A stretch of DNA of 64,000 bases from an uncultured delta proteobacterium (GTDB lineage: Bacteria > Myxococcota_A > UBA9160 > UBA4427). The notes under the pieces are model-generated. The model was given only the letters and a program-made list of their open reading frames with translations, was not told where the DNA came from and did not search any database. The first letter of the stretch is position 1. Every line of letters begins with the position of its first letter. Made by a program: the position numbers and the translations under genes. The stretch lies in assembly GCA_963822965.1 (NCBI GenBank), contig CAWGJT010000006.1, positions 864,001 through 928,000 of the forward strand. The letters run 5' to 3'. Positions 49,804 to 59,606 of this stretch are shown one piece after another.

Positions 49804-52800
49804 TTGACTTCGAATCTCGAGCGCAACGCCGCGGCCCTGGCAGCCGATTCCGGCGACGCGCGCGCCTTCGCGGCACTCGAGGAGGAGTACTTCCTCGCGG
49901 CGGATTGGGAGAAGCTGGTCGCCCTCTACCGGCAGCGACTCGAGGATCCGCAGCTCGAGGGCGACGAGCGCTCCTCCTTCCACTGCCGCCTCGGGCAGAT
50001 CCTGGAGGAGCGCTGCCTCGACATCGATCTGGCCATCGCGGAGTACACCGCGGCGATCCGCCTCCGCCCGACCGACCGCCTCGCCCTGCGACAGCTGCGC
50101 CAGGTGCACGCCCGCCGCGAAGCGTGGGACCTGGTGCTGCAGATCGCGGAGCTCGAGATCGAGACCCTGCACGAGCCCTACGAGCGCGCGGTCTTCTTCG
50201 CCGAGATGGGCGACGTGTGGCTGCGTCGCATCCACGACAACAACGAGGCGATGACCTGCTTCGAGCAGGCCCTCGCCATCGACCCGCGCCAGAAGGAGGC
50301 GTTGGCCGGTCTGGCGCGCACCCTCGAGGCCCAGGGGAACGTCGAGGCGGCGGCCGCCACCTGGGAGCGGCTGATCGGCTGCGTACGCGGCCCCGACCGG
50401 GCGGCCCCCCTGGTCGCGCTGGCTTCGCTGCTGTCGGGCCCGCTGAACCAGGGAGAGCGCGCCGTCGAGCTCTACCGGCGCGCGCTCAGCGACGATCCCC
50501 GCAACGAGGCCGCCGTCGAGGCGCTCTCGGTCTCGGCCGGCGCGCGCGGCCAGTGGGAGCTGCTGGGCGACCTCTTCGAGAGACGCTTCCGGCTGGCGGC
50601 GGGCGCCAGACGACGGACCGCGATCGCCCTCGAGGCCGGCTACATGCAGCTCGAACGCCTCGACAACCACGAGGCGGCGCGCATCTGGTTCGAGCGCGCC
50701 CGGGAGATGTCCGGCGAGGACGTGACGGTGCTCACCGCCTTCATCGACCTGGAGCGGAAGGCGGACGACGCCGCGAGTCTGGTCGCAGCGATCGACCAGC
50801 TGGTGCGAGCCGTCGGCGGCGCCGCACCGCTCGGTCTGCTGCTCGAGGCCGCGAGCCTGCACACCGATCGCGGTGACGACGAGAAGGCGCTGGCGCACCT
50901 CGAGCTCGCCGCACGAAAGTGTCCCGAGGATCCGCTGGTCCTCGAGGGGCTCGCCACCACGTACTCCAACCTGCTCCGCCCGGACGATCTCGCCGCGGTG
51001 CTCGAGCGACGGGCGGCCCTTTGTCCGGACGATCCGGAGGCGCAGGCCGGCGCGTTCGCCGAGCTCGGTCACGTGCAGGCCACCCAGCTCGAGGATCTCG
51101 CGGCCGCGCAGGACGCCTACGAGCGCGCCTTCGCGGCGATGCCGTCCATGCCCGGCGTGGCCAGCGCCCTCGAGGGCCTGTACCGGAAGACCGAGAGCTT
51201 CGACGCCCTGCGCAAGCTGCTCGAGCGCGCCACCGAAGCGGCTCCTCCCTCCGAGCGCTGCGGCTACTACTGCTCGCTCGGCGAGCTGCTGGAGGAGCAC
51301 TTCTCCCAGCCCGACGACAGCGCCGCCTGCTTCGAGGCGGCCCTGCAGCTGCGGCCCAAGACGACCCGGGCGCTGCGAGGGCTGGCGCGGCTGGCGGAGC
51401 GCTCGGGCGATTCCGGCGCGATGATCCGGGCGCTCGAACGCGAGGCGGACGTCTGCGGGGACGAGCAGCGCCTGGGCGAGATCGCCTACGAGCTGGCCAG
51501 CCGTCATGGCGCGCACGACGACCTCGAGACCGCCCTGACGTGGGCGGAACGGGCGCTCGGTACCGCTCCCCGGGAACGCCGCTACCTCGAGGGCCTGGCA
51601 GCGCTCCAGGAACGGCTGGGACGCGACGACGACCTGACGCGAACGCTCATCCGTCTCGAGGACGTGATCGACGACGTCGAGCACGCGGCCGTCCGGCGGC
51701 GGATCGCCGGGCTCCTCGAACGGAGCGGCAACGGCGAACGCGCCCTCTCCTACTGGGAAGCGGCGCTCGAGAGCGAGCCCGACGACCTCGAGAGTCTCGC
51801 GGCCCTGCGGCGCTACTACAGCGACCTGAACCGCTCGGAGGATCTGGCGCCGGTCCTGCGCAAGCTCGCCGAACGGTCGCCGGAGTCCGAGCAGACGGGC
51901 TACCTCGACGAGCTCGCGCGGCTCCTCGACGAGCAGCTCTGCGACTTCGACGGCGCGATCGTGGTGCTGTGGCGCCTCGCGAATCTGCCGGACCGGCCGG
52001 AGGGCGTGCGCGCCCGGCTCGAGGGGCTGCTCGAACGCGCGGGCCGCTTCGAAGAGCTCGCCCAGCAGCTCCTCGAGAGTCGTCGCGGGCTCCCCGCCGA
52101 CAGCCCGGAAGCGATCGACCTCGAGCTCCGGCGCGCGGCGCTGCTGCTCGATCCGCTGGGCCGCTTCGAGGAGGCGGCCCACGCCTTCCGGGAGGTCCGC
52201 CGGCGCGCCCCGGACCGCAGCGAGGCGACCGCGGGACTCGAGCGGGCCCTGCGAGCCGACGGGGACGCGATCGGCCTGTCCGGCCTGCTGGGCGAGATGG
52301 CCGAAGCCGCGAGCGACCCGGAACGCCGGGACCGGCTGCACTTCGAGCGAGCCGTGCTCCTCGAGGAATCCCTCGGCGAGCTCGAGCAGGCCCGACAGGT
52401 CTACACGGCACTGTGCACCGACGAGACGACCGCGGGCGTCGCCGAGCAGGCCGGCTCGCGGCTCGAGAGCCTGCTCGAACGCTGCGGCAACTGGACGTGT
52501 CTCCGCGAGCGACTCGAGCACGCCCTGGCGAGAGCCGCGGATGCCGACCAGCGCGCGCTCCACGAACGCATCGCCAGCCTGTGCGCGGATCGCCTGGGCG
52601 ACCAGCAGGGATGCGCGCTGCACCTGGAAGCCGCCGGAAGACTCGAGCCCGAGCGGCCCGAGCCGTGGCGACGGCTGGCGACGCTGTACCAGGAGCTCGA
52701 CCGTCCGGACGACCTGCTGCGGGTCACCGAGGCCGAGCTGGCGAGCGGTCCGGACGCCGAGCGCGAGCGCGTACTGCACGCCCGGGCCGCGGCCCTGTGG

Positions 52801-55800
52801 GTCGCCCGCCCGGGCGAGGACGAACGGGCCTGCGAGCACTACGAGCGCCTGCTCGAGCTCGAGCCGGGACGCTCGGACGCCACCGGCTTCCTGGTGGCGC
52901 GCTACGAGGCGGCGAATCGATTCGCCGACGTGGTCCGGCTCCTCGAGGATCGTCTCGCCGCGGTGTCGTCCGAACAGGCGACGGCTCCGGGAGAGGACGA
53001 AGACCCGGATCGCGGCCTCCAGACCTCGCTGCGGCTGCGCATCGCGGCTCTGCGGGCGGGCGAGCTGGCAGACCCCGAGGGCGCGATCCGCATGCTCGAG
53101 CCGGCACTCGCCGACGGTGGCCCCTCGGGCCCCGCCGCGCAGCCCCTGGCCGACCTCTACACGCACACCGGAGCCAACGAACGACTGATCCGGCTGTGCG
53201 AGGAGGCCGCGGCATCCTGCGAGCCCGGTGCGGAGCGCGCCCGCTGGCAGCTGCGCCTCGCCGGGTGCCTGCGAGCCGAGGGCGACGTGGCCGGCGCCGC
53301 TCTCGCCTACCGCGAGGTGCTCGACCAGCACCCGCACGACGAGGACGCCTACGCGGCGCTCTGCGATCTCTATCGCCAGGAGGGACAGGCGGGCCCCCTG
53401 GCGGAGCTGCTCGAAGCCTCCCTCGGACGGGCCTCCCAGGCGGACGAGGTGGCGATCCGGATGGAGCTCGCCGCGCTGTGCGAGGAGCGCCTCTCGAACC
53501 CGACGGCTGCATTCGCGCACCTGCGGCGGGTGATCGGGATCGAGGGCGACCACGAAGGCGCGTTCGAGCGTTCCCTGCGGCTGGCCGGGAGCCTGCAGCG
53601 CCATGAGGAGCAGCTCGAGCTGATCGATCGGCGCCTGGAGCTGCGTCTCTCCGCGGCCCAGCGCATCGACCTGCTCGAGCGCCGCGCGGATCTCCTGGCG
53701 GGGCCCATCGGCGCTCCGGAGGCGGCCGTCGGCGCCTATCGCGAGGTGATCGCCCTCGATCCCACGCGGCGCAGCGCGCGCGCGTCGCTTCGCGACGTGC
53801 TGGAGGCCCTGGGCCGTTGGAGCGCCGTGCTCGACTGCCTCTACCTCGACGCAGACAGCGCCGAGCCCGACGAGAAGGCCGCGATCTACGAAAGCGCCGT
53901 CGAGGTGGCCACCGTCCACGTGGGGCAGGATGCGGCCCTACCGTGGCTCGAGCGCCTTCGCGCCGTGCGGCCGCAGGACCCGCTGGTCGTCGCGCGCATC
54001 GCCGACGTCCATCGACGGGCGGGCCGCTTCGAGTCCGTGCTGCGAGCCATCGAAGACGAGCTCGCTCTGACGACCGACCCGGCGCGCCTGCGCGACCTGC
54101 ACTTGGGACGCGCGCGCATCCTCGAACGCGACATGCAGGCCCCCGGGCGTGCGATCTCCGCGCTCGAGGCGGCACACGAGCTCGACCCGCAGCACCCCGA
54201 GATCCTGCGGCGGCTCGACGAGCTGTACGACGTCGCGGGACGTGCCCGCGAGCGCGTGGCCATCGTGGAGGCTCGCATCGAGATCGGTGAGGCGCCGTTG
54301 GAGCTGCACCTGACCGCGGCGCGTCTCTACTCGGAAGCCCTGGCGGAGCCCGCGCAGGCCATTCCCCATCTGCTGCGCGCGGTGCTCCTCACGCGGGTGC
54401 TGCAGGGTGGCGTGGACAGCGGTCCGGTGTCGACGCCCGCAGCCCGAGCCGCGCTGCTGGCGGAGCTCGGGTCGACCCTGCGCGCCGCCGGACGCGAGGA
54501 GGCCTGGGCACGAGCCGCCGAGGCCGAGCTGCGGGTGCTCCAGGCGGACCTTCGCGACCACCCGGCGGAGAGCGCGGCCCCTGACTCTCGCCCCGAACGA
54601 AGCGACGAGCTGCGCCGCAACCTCGCATGGAGCTACGCGAACGATCTGGCCGATCACGGAGGCGCGCTGCGCCACATGCGAGCCCTGATCGACGCGTGGC
54701 CGAGAGGCGGGCCCCGTCGCGACGACCTCGAGCGAATCGAGCAGCGCTACCTCGACCTGCTGCGCGGGGACGCCAACTGGGTCGAGCTCGAGAGCCGGCT
54801 CGCCGGGCGACTGGCGCGCGGCACCGAGAGCCTGGAAGAGTGGCTGGAGCTCGCTCGCCTGCGCGACGAGCGACTGCACGCGCCCCGAGCGGCCCTCGCG
54901 GCCTACGAGCGCGCGCTGGCCCTGCGGCCCTCCTCCCTGGGCGCGATCCGGGGCCTGCGCGATCTCGCCGAGCGGCTCGCCGACTGGCCCGCGGCGGCGC
55001 GCAGCCTCGAGCTCGAGCTGGCCCTGCAAGGACGCTGGTCCCCGCGCGAACGGGGCGCGCTCTCGCGACGCCTCGGCGAGATCGCCTGGCACCGCCTGGG
55101 CGACCCGGAGCGCGCCGAGAACGCCTACCGGGCGGCGCTCGACGCGGACCCGAACGACCTCGACGCCCTGCGCGCGCTCGAGCACCTGCACGAGACGCGG
55201 GGAAGCTGGGCGTCGGCGGCCGAGCTCTACGAACGCGAGGCGGAGCTCCTCGGCGACGAAGAGCCCGAGCGCTGCAAGCAGGCGTGGCTTCTGTTCGCGG
55301 ACATCTCGCAACGGCACCTCGCCGACCCCCGCCGCGCGCTCCGCGGCTACGAGCAGGCGGCCGAGATCTCCCCGCTGGCCCTGGCCGACCGCCTGGCTCG
55401 CGCCGAGCTGTACCAGAGCCTCGGCGAGATGGCGCGCTTCGCAGAGGTCTACGCCAGCTGGTGTGACGACCCGGGTGCGGGCGCGAGCTGCGACGAACAC
55501 CTCGCACTGATGGAGGTGCTGAGCGATCTCGGACGTGCGGACGACGCCCTCGCGCGGGCGCGCATCGCCGTCGAGATCGACGACCGCCACCCGGCGGCCT
55601 GGAGCGCCCTCGCGCGTCTGCTGCGCGATCGCGGCCGGCTTTGCGAGGCGGCGGACGCCTGGGAGACGGCCGGCGAGCTGCGCGTGGGGCGCGAGGCGGC
55701 TCTCGACCTCCAGGAAGCCGCGCTGCTCGTGGAGGAGAGCGACCGCGAGGCGTGCATTCGGCGGCTGCGACGAGCCGTCGAGCGGGACGCCGGCTCGCTG

Positions 55801-57783
55801 CTCGCCCGGGCACACCTGGCACGGGTCGCCGCCGCCCTGGGTCGCTTCGAGGAGGCCGAAGAAGCGGCGGGACGGGCGCTCGACCTCGAGGCGGGCGACG
55901 AGGAGACGGCGCTCGGCGACGATCTCCGTCTCGCCACGGCCCTCGTCGGCGGGCGCGCCGCCCGGACCCGGGATCGAATCGAGGCGGCCATCCTCTTCTA
56001 CGGCGCGGCACTCGACCTCGCCCCGGAGAACACCGAGGCCCTCGAGGCCCGCGGTGCGCTGCTCTTCGAACGCGGGGATCTGGCCGCCGCGCGCGAGGCG
56101 CTCGAGGCCCGCATCGAGCAGGGAGCGGACGCGGGACACGCGGAGCGCCTCGCCATGCTGGGCAGCGTGCTCGAGCTGGCGGGCGAGACCGACGCCGCGA
56201 TCGAGCGCTTCACCGACGCCGTCGCCGCCGACGCGCTCTGCGGCGCCGGCCACGCGGGGCTCGCGCGGCTCGCCCAGAAGGCCGGGCGCATCGACGAGGC
56301 CATCGCCGCGCTGGTGGGCTGGGCGGAGGCCGCTCGGGCGGACGACGATCGCGTGAGCTGCGGCGCGCGCCTGCTGCGCGCGGCGGAGATCGAGATGGGC
56401 CACGACCGCCTGGACGCGGCCGAGTCACACCTCCAGCAGGCCCTGCAGGCCGACCCCCAGAACGTTCGGGCCTGGGTGCTGCGGGCGGAGATCCTGGCCG
56501 ACGCGGATCGCATCGACGATCTGCTGGGGATGGTGCCGGAAGCCCTGAGCCAGGAGGCGGTCCTGGGTGTCGCGGACGGCGTCGCGCGTCTCTCGTTGCT
56601 GTACGCCCGGGCCCTCGAGCAACGGGGAGAGGCTGCGAGCGCTTGTGAAGCCTACGCGGAGGCCCAGGGGCACGATTCGCGCTGCGCCGAGGCCGCCCTC
56701 GCTCGGGCTCGCCTGCTGCGCGGGCGCGGCGAATGGAACGAGGCCGCCACGGTCCTGCGAGATTTCTGCGACGAACACCCGGAGCCCGACCATCGATCCC
56801 TGGCCGACGCGCAGTACAAGCTGGCGCGGCTGCTCTCGGGTCCGCTCGAAGACATGGAAGGCGCCATCCGGTGCTTCACCCGCGCCCTCGAGATCGCTCC
56901 GGATCACCCGAAGGCCCGCAGACCCCTGGCCAGCCTGCTCGCCGTGCTTCCGGACCGCTGGGACGAGGCCATCGTCCACCACGCCGCGATCCTCGACGTG
57001 GATCCTGCGAGCAGCGTCTCGTACCGCGCCCTGCTGGAGATCGCCCGCGGACGCGGTCAGGAGGAGGTGGTCCGATTCGGGCTCGCGGTGCTCCGGGCGC
57101 TCGGCACCGCCTCGCCGGGAGAGCGAGCCGAGGCGGCCACCTGCCTGCCGCGACCCATCGTCACGACGCCGGCCCTCGAGGATCCGATCGGCGAGATCGC
57201 ACGAAGGCTCGTGCAGCACGCCGCCGAGGCGCTGGAGCAGGTGCTGCCCGGAGACCCCGACGGCCCCGGCCCCCACGACTTCGGCGCACGGCTGCAGGCG
57301 GCGGAGCGCGAGGTCTGCGCGGTCGGGCTCGAGCGGCTCTCCGACGCCGAGGTGCGCGGGCTCCTCGAGGCGCTCGCCACGCTGGCCCTGGGCGACGACA
57401 CGGACCAGCCCGCCGCGGAGAGCGGACTCGACGCCGATCTGCTGCGCGGGCTCGAGCGCACCCTCGGGCGCTGGTCGCGCCGCAAGATGAGGCGGGTCCT
57501 CGACGGCACGACGCTCCACCAGATCCGGGCGATCGATCCCGAACGCTGGCGCAGCGAGGTGTGGGGCCTGGCCGCGGCGGTGGCCGTCGACCTGGCGCAC
57601 GGCGATCTCCGACAGGGGCTCGCCTGGCTGTGCCGCGACGTCGGCGCTCCGGAGGCGATCGGCGACAACGATGACCTCACGGCGCGGATCAACGGATGTC
57701 CGCCGGCTCGTGAGCTGCTGCGATTCGTGGCGGCGGGCTGGTGTCAGGAGCTCGCGAGACCCGACCGACCGAGGAGGGCCTGA
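49804..57783 (+). CDS. Giant (~2659 aa) TPR/alpha-solenoid protein
   Basis: TTG start after GGAGGGGGAG. Many TPR-like units (FEQALAIDPRQKEALAGL, YRRALSDDPRNEAAVEAL, YRAALDADPNDLDALRAL). No signal peptide or TM seen. Confidence 0.88.
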   Translation: MTSNLERNAAALAADSGDARAFAALEEEYFLAADWEKLVALYRQRLEDPQLEGDERSSFHCRLGQILEERCLDIDLAIAEYTAAIRLRPTDRLALRQLRQVHARREAWDLVLQIAELEIETLHEPYERAVFFAEMGDVWLRRIHDNNEAMTCFEQALAIDPRQKEALAGLARTLEAQGNVEAAAATWERLIGCVRGPDRAAPLVALASLLSGPLNQGERAVELYRRALSDDPRNEAAVEALSVSAGARGQWELLGDLFERRFRLAAGARRRTAIALEAGYMQLERLDNHEAARIWFERAREMSGEDVTVLTAFIDLERKADDAASLVAAIDQLVRAVGGAAPLGLLLEAASLHTDRGDDEKALAHLELAARKCPEDPLVLEGLATTYSNLLRPDDLAAVLERRAALCPDDPEAQAGAFAELGHVQATQLEDLAAAQDAYERAFAAMPSMPGVASALEGLYRKTESFDALRKLLERATEAAPPSERCGYYCSLGELLEEHFSQPDDSAACFEAALQLRPKTTRALRGLARLAERSGDSGAMIRALEREADVCGDEQRLGEIAYELASRHGAHDDLETALTWAERALGTAPRERRYLEGLAALQERLGRDDDLTRTLIRLEDVIDDVEHAAVRRRIAGLLERSGNGERALSYWEAALESEPDDLESLAALRRYYSDLNRSEDLAPVLRKLAERSPESEQTGYLDELARLLDEQLCDFDGAIVVLWRLANLPDRPEGVRARLEGLLERAGRFEELAQQLLESRRGLPADSPEAIDLELRRAALLLDPLGRFEEAAHAFREVRRRAPDRSEATAGLERALRADGDAIGLSGLLGEMAEAASDPERRDRLHFERAVLLEESLGELEQARQVYTALCTDETTAGVAEQAGSRLESLLERCGNWTCLRERLEHALARAADADQRALHERIASLCADRLGDQQGCALHLEAAGRLEPERPEPWRRLATLYQELDRPDDLLRVTEAELASGPDAERERVLHARAAALWVARPGEDERACEHYERLLELEPGRSDATGFLVARYEAANRFADVVRLLEDRLAAVSSEQATAPGEDEDPDRGLQTSLRLRIAALRAGELADPEGAIRMLEPALADGGPSGPAAQPLADLYTHTGANERLIRLCEEAAASCEPGAERARWQLRLAGCLRAEGDVAGAALAYREVLDQHPHDEDAYAALCDLYRQEGQAGPLAELLEASLGRASQADEVAIRMELAALCEERLSNPTAAFAHLRRVIGIEGDHEGAFERSLRLAGSLQRHEEQLELIDRRLELRLSAAQRIDLLERRADLLAGPIGAPEAAVGAYREVIALDPTRRSARASLRDVLEALGRWSAVLDCLYLDADSAEPDEKAAIYESAVEVATVHVGQDAALPWLERLRAVRPQDPLVVARIADVHRRAGRFESVLRAIEDELALTTDPARLRDLHLGRARILERDMQAPGRAISALEAAHELDPQHPEILRRLDELYDVAGRARERVAIVEARIEIGEAPLELHLTAARLYSEALAEPAQAIPHLLRAVLLTRVLQGGVDSGPVSTPAARAALLAELGSTLRAAGREEAWARAAEAELRVLQADLRDHPAESAAPDSRPERSDELRRNLAWSYANDLADHGGALRHMRALIDAWPRGGPRRDDLERIEQRYLDLLRGDANWVELESRLAGRLARGTESLEEWLELARLRDERLHAPRAALAAYERALALRPSSLGAIRGLRDLAERLADWPAAARSLELELALQGRWSPRERGALSRRLGEIAWHRLGDPERAENAYRAALDADPNDLDALRALEHLHETRGSWASAAELYEREAELLGDEEPERCKQAWLLFADISQRHLADPRRALRGYEQAAEISPLALADRLARAELYQSLGEMARFAEVYASWCDDPGAGASCDEHLALMEVLSDLGRADDALARARIAVEIDDRHPAAWSALARLLRDRGRLCEAADAWETAGELRVGREAALDLQEAALLVEESDREACIRRLRRAVERDAGSLLARAHLARVAAALGRFEEAEEAAGRALDLEAGDEETALGDDLRLATALVGGRAARTRDRIEAAILFYGAALDLAPENTEALEARGALLFERGDLAAAREALEARIEQGADAGHAERLAMLGSVLELAGETDAAIERFTDAVAADALCGAGHAGLARLAQKAGRIDEAIAALVGWAEAARADDDRVSCGARLLRAAEIEMGHDRLDAAESHLQQALQADPQNVRAWVLRAEILADADRIDDLLGMVPEALSQEAVLGVADGVARLSLLYARALEQRGEAASACEAYAEAQGHDSRCAEAALARARLLRGRGEWNEAATVLRDFCDEHPEPDHRSLADAQYKLARLLSGPLEDMEGAIRCFTRALEIAPDHPKARRPLASLLAVLPDRWDEAIVHHAAILDVDPASSVSYRALLEIARGRGQEEVVRFGLAVLRALGTASPGERAEAATCLPRPIVTTPALEDPIGEIARRLVQHAAEALEQVLPGDPDGPGPHDFGARLQAAEREVCAVGLERLSDAEVRGLLEALATLALGDDTDQPAAESGLDADLLRGLERTLGRWSRRKMRRVLDGTTLHQIRAIDPERWRSEVWGLAAAVAVDLAHGDLRQGLAWLCRDVGAPEAIGDNDDLTARINGCPPARELLRFVAAGWCQELARPDRPRRA

Positions 57784-58121
57784 TGGCACGCTCGAACGAA
57801 AACCATCGACGCCACCGGCGGCAGACCGTCCGCATCCTGGTCGACTATCGCTCGGACCGGGGAACGCGCTGCGACTACGCGACCACCCTGGGCGCGGGCG
57901 GCCTCTTCATCGAGTGCGAGGAGCCCCTGCCCGCCGGCACCGTCGTGAAGCTCCGCTTCCGGCTTCCCCAGAGCGACGCCCTGCACGAGCTCGAGGGCCG
58001 CGTCACCTGGAAGCGGGACGGACGGACGGGCAGCCGCTCGGTGGCCCCCGGGATGGGCGTCCAGTTCACCAACCCCGGCGCCACCGGCGCCCTGGCCCGC
58101 GAGCTGGACCACCTCGACTGA
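57783..58121 (+). CDS. Single PilZ-domain protein (TIGR02266-like)
   Basis: TGATG overlap with the TPR gene; RRHRR, TLGAGGLFI, GRVTW, PGMGVQF. Confidence 0.85.
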   Translation: MARSNENHRRHRRQTVRILVDYRSDRGTRCDYATTLGAGGLFIECEEPLPAGTVVKLRFRLPQSDALHELEGRVTWKRDGRTGSRSVAPGMGVQFTNPGATGALARELDHLD

Positions 58122-58180
58122 CCGCGCGCTCGCCACCCGGCCCGAGCGACCCGCCCCGAGCGACCGAAGCCGGCCGCGGC

Positions 58181-59224
58181 TCAGGCCGGGGCGACGGAGT
58201 CGGTCGGAACGCCGACGGGCGGCGCGGGTGCGGGCTCTCCCACGAGCTTCCATGCGTCGGTCCGGGCGCAGAGCTCCCGGAGCAGGGCCAGATGGAGCCC
58301 GTGTCCGCCCCGCTCCACGTGCACGTGACCGCGTACGGGATGGCCGAGCAGCGCGAGATCTCCCAACAGGTCGAGCAGCTTGTGGCGCACGAACTCGTCG
58401 GCCCAGCGCAGACCTCCCTCGTTCATCACCCCTTCGTCGTCGAGCACGACCGTATTGGCGAGAGAGGCTCCGCGCGCGAGCCCCACCCGACGCAGGGCAT
58501 CCACCTGCGCGAGGAACCCGAAGGTGCGTGCCCGCGCGAGCTCGGCCTGGAAGAAGGTGGGGGTGACGTCGGCGACCTCGAGACACTGTCGTCCGATGAC
58601 GGGATGGTCGAAGTCCACGGAGTACGAGACGGAGAACCGGCGTGCCGGCTCGATCCGCAGTCGGCGACGCGGATCGCCGGGATCGACCACCTCGACCGGG
58701 CGTCGGATGCGGATCACCCGGCGCGGCACGGGCTGCGCGATGGTGCCCGTCGATCGGATCAGATAGTCGAAGGGCTCGGCGCTGCCGTCCATGACCGGGA
58801 TCTCCGGTCCGTCGACCTCCACCCGCACGTTGTCGACGCCTCGGCAGGCGAGAACGGCGAGCAGGTGCTCGACGGTCCCCACGCTGTAACCGTCCCCGGC
58901 GTCGCACGCGGAATCACCGGGGGTGTCACTCGAGGACACAGCCGGGGCGTCGCAGGAGGACACAGCCGAAGTGGCGCGCGAGGACACAGCCGGGGCATCA
59001 CCAGCCGGCAGAGCCGCCCGCGCGGAGAGCGTCGTCGCGTTCGCCGTGGAGCAGACGTACTCGGCGCGCGCAGGGATCATCACGTCGCCCCCGGCTCGCC
59101 TTCGCACGAAGACGATCCCCGTGTCCGGCGCGGCCGGGGAGAGGACCAGCTCCACCGGCGCGCCCGTGTGGAGGCCGATCCCCGTGCAGGTGATCCTTCC
59201 CGCGATGGTTCGCTGCTTCGGCAC
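58181..59224 (-). CDS. lpxC: UDP-3-O-acyl-GlcNAc deacetylase with a repeat insertion
   Basis: KQRTI, GIGLHTG, TVEHLL, EIPVMDGS, ARTFGF, EFVRHKLLD, GHGLH. Confidence 0.95.
   Translation of the reverse strand: MPKQRTIAGRITCTGIGLHTGAPVELVLSPAAPDTGIVFVRRRAGGDVMIPARAEYVCSTANATTLSARAALPAGDAPAVSSRATSAVSSCDAPAVSSSDTPGDSACDAGDGYSVGTVEHLLAVLACRGVDNVRVEVDGPEIPVMDGSAEPFDYLIRSTGTIAQPVPRRVIRIRRPVEVVDPGDPRRRLRIEPARRFSVSYSVDFDHPVIGRQCLEVADVTPTFFQAELARARTFGFLAQVDALRRVGLARGASLANTVVLDDEGVMNEGGLRWADEFVRHKLLDLLGDLALLGHPVRGHVHVERGGHGLHLALLRELCARTDAWKLVGEPAPAPPVGVPTDSVAPA
58932..59003. repeat. Three 24-bp tandem units inside lpxC
   Basis: GAGGACACAGCCG at 58932, 58956 and 58980; peptide DAPAVSSR-ATSAVSSC-DAPAVSSS. 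Confidence 0.9.
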
Positions 59225-59397
59225 GCGTACTCTCCCAGCCGGCCCCCGACCGGACGCGGCGGGAGGTTAGCCCCACCGCCCGGGAGCCGCCGCGCCCGAC
59301 GCGCCATGGCCGCGGGCTGCGAACGCCGCCCCCCTCTTGCTGTGCCTGCGAATTCCCGAGACCTCGTCCTGGGCGGCGCTCCTCTCCTAGCAAGCTA

Positions 59398-59424
59398 GCC
59401 CTGATCCGCCATACGGATCAGGGC
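59398..59424. other. Perfect hairpin in the kinase-lpxC intergenic region
   Basis: GCCCTGATCCG-ccata-CGGATCAGGGC. Confidence 0.6.
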
Positions 59425-59606
59425 GCGACTCCCAATGCTGTTCGGATTCACGCGGCTACTCGGTCCGTGCCGCGACCCGAGTCCGGCACCAGGATCTCAC
59501 GACGATGAGGTTGTCGCGCTCAGGCTGATTCGAGCGATCTCGCGGGATCCGCAAGGGCTGACGGGCTCTGCGGCACGCGAGAAGCTCGAGGAATGACGCA
59601 TTGGGG

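Noticed and set aside
49699..53919. 1406-aa minus-strand ORF and similar long ORFs (37637..41677, 42407..46087, 22935..25898, 59601..62576)
   Set aside because: Antisense shadows of real genes, expected at high GC; no protein motifs.
58141..58166. Short CCCGAGCGACC duplication between PilZ and lpxC
   Set aside because: Two short GC-rich copies; no evidence of function.
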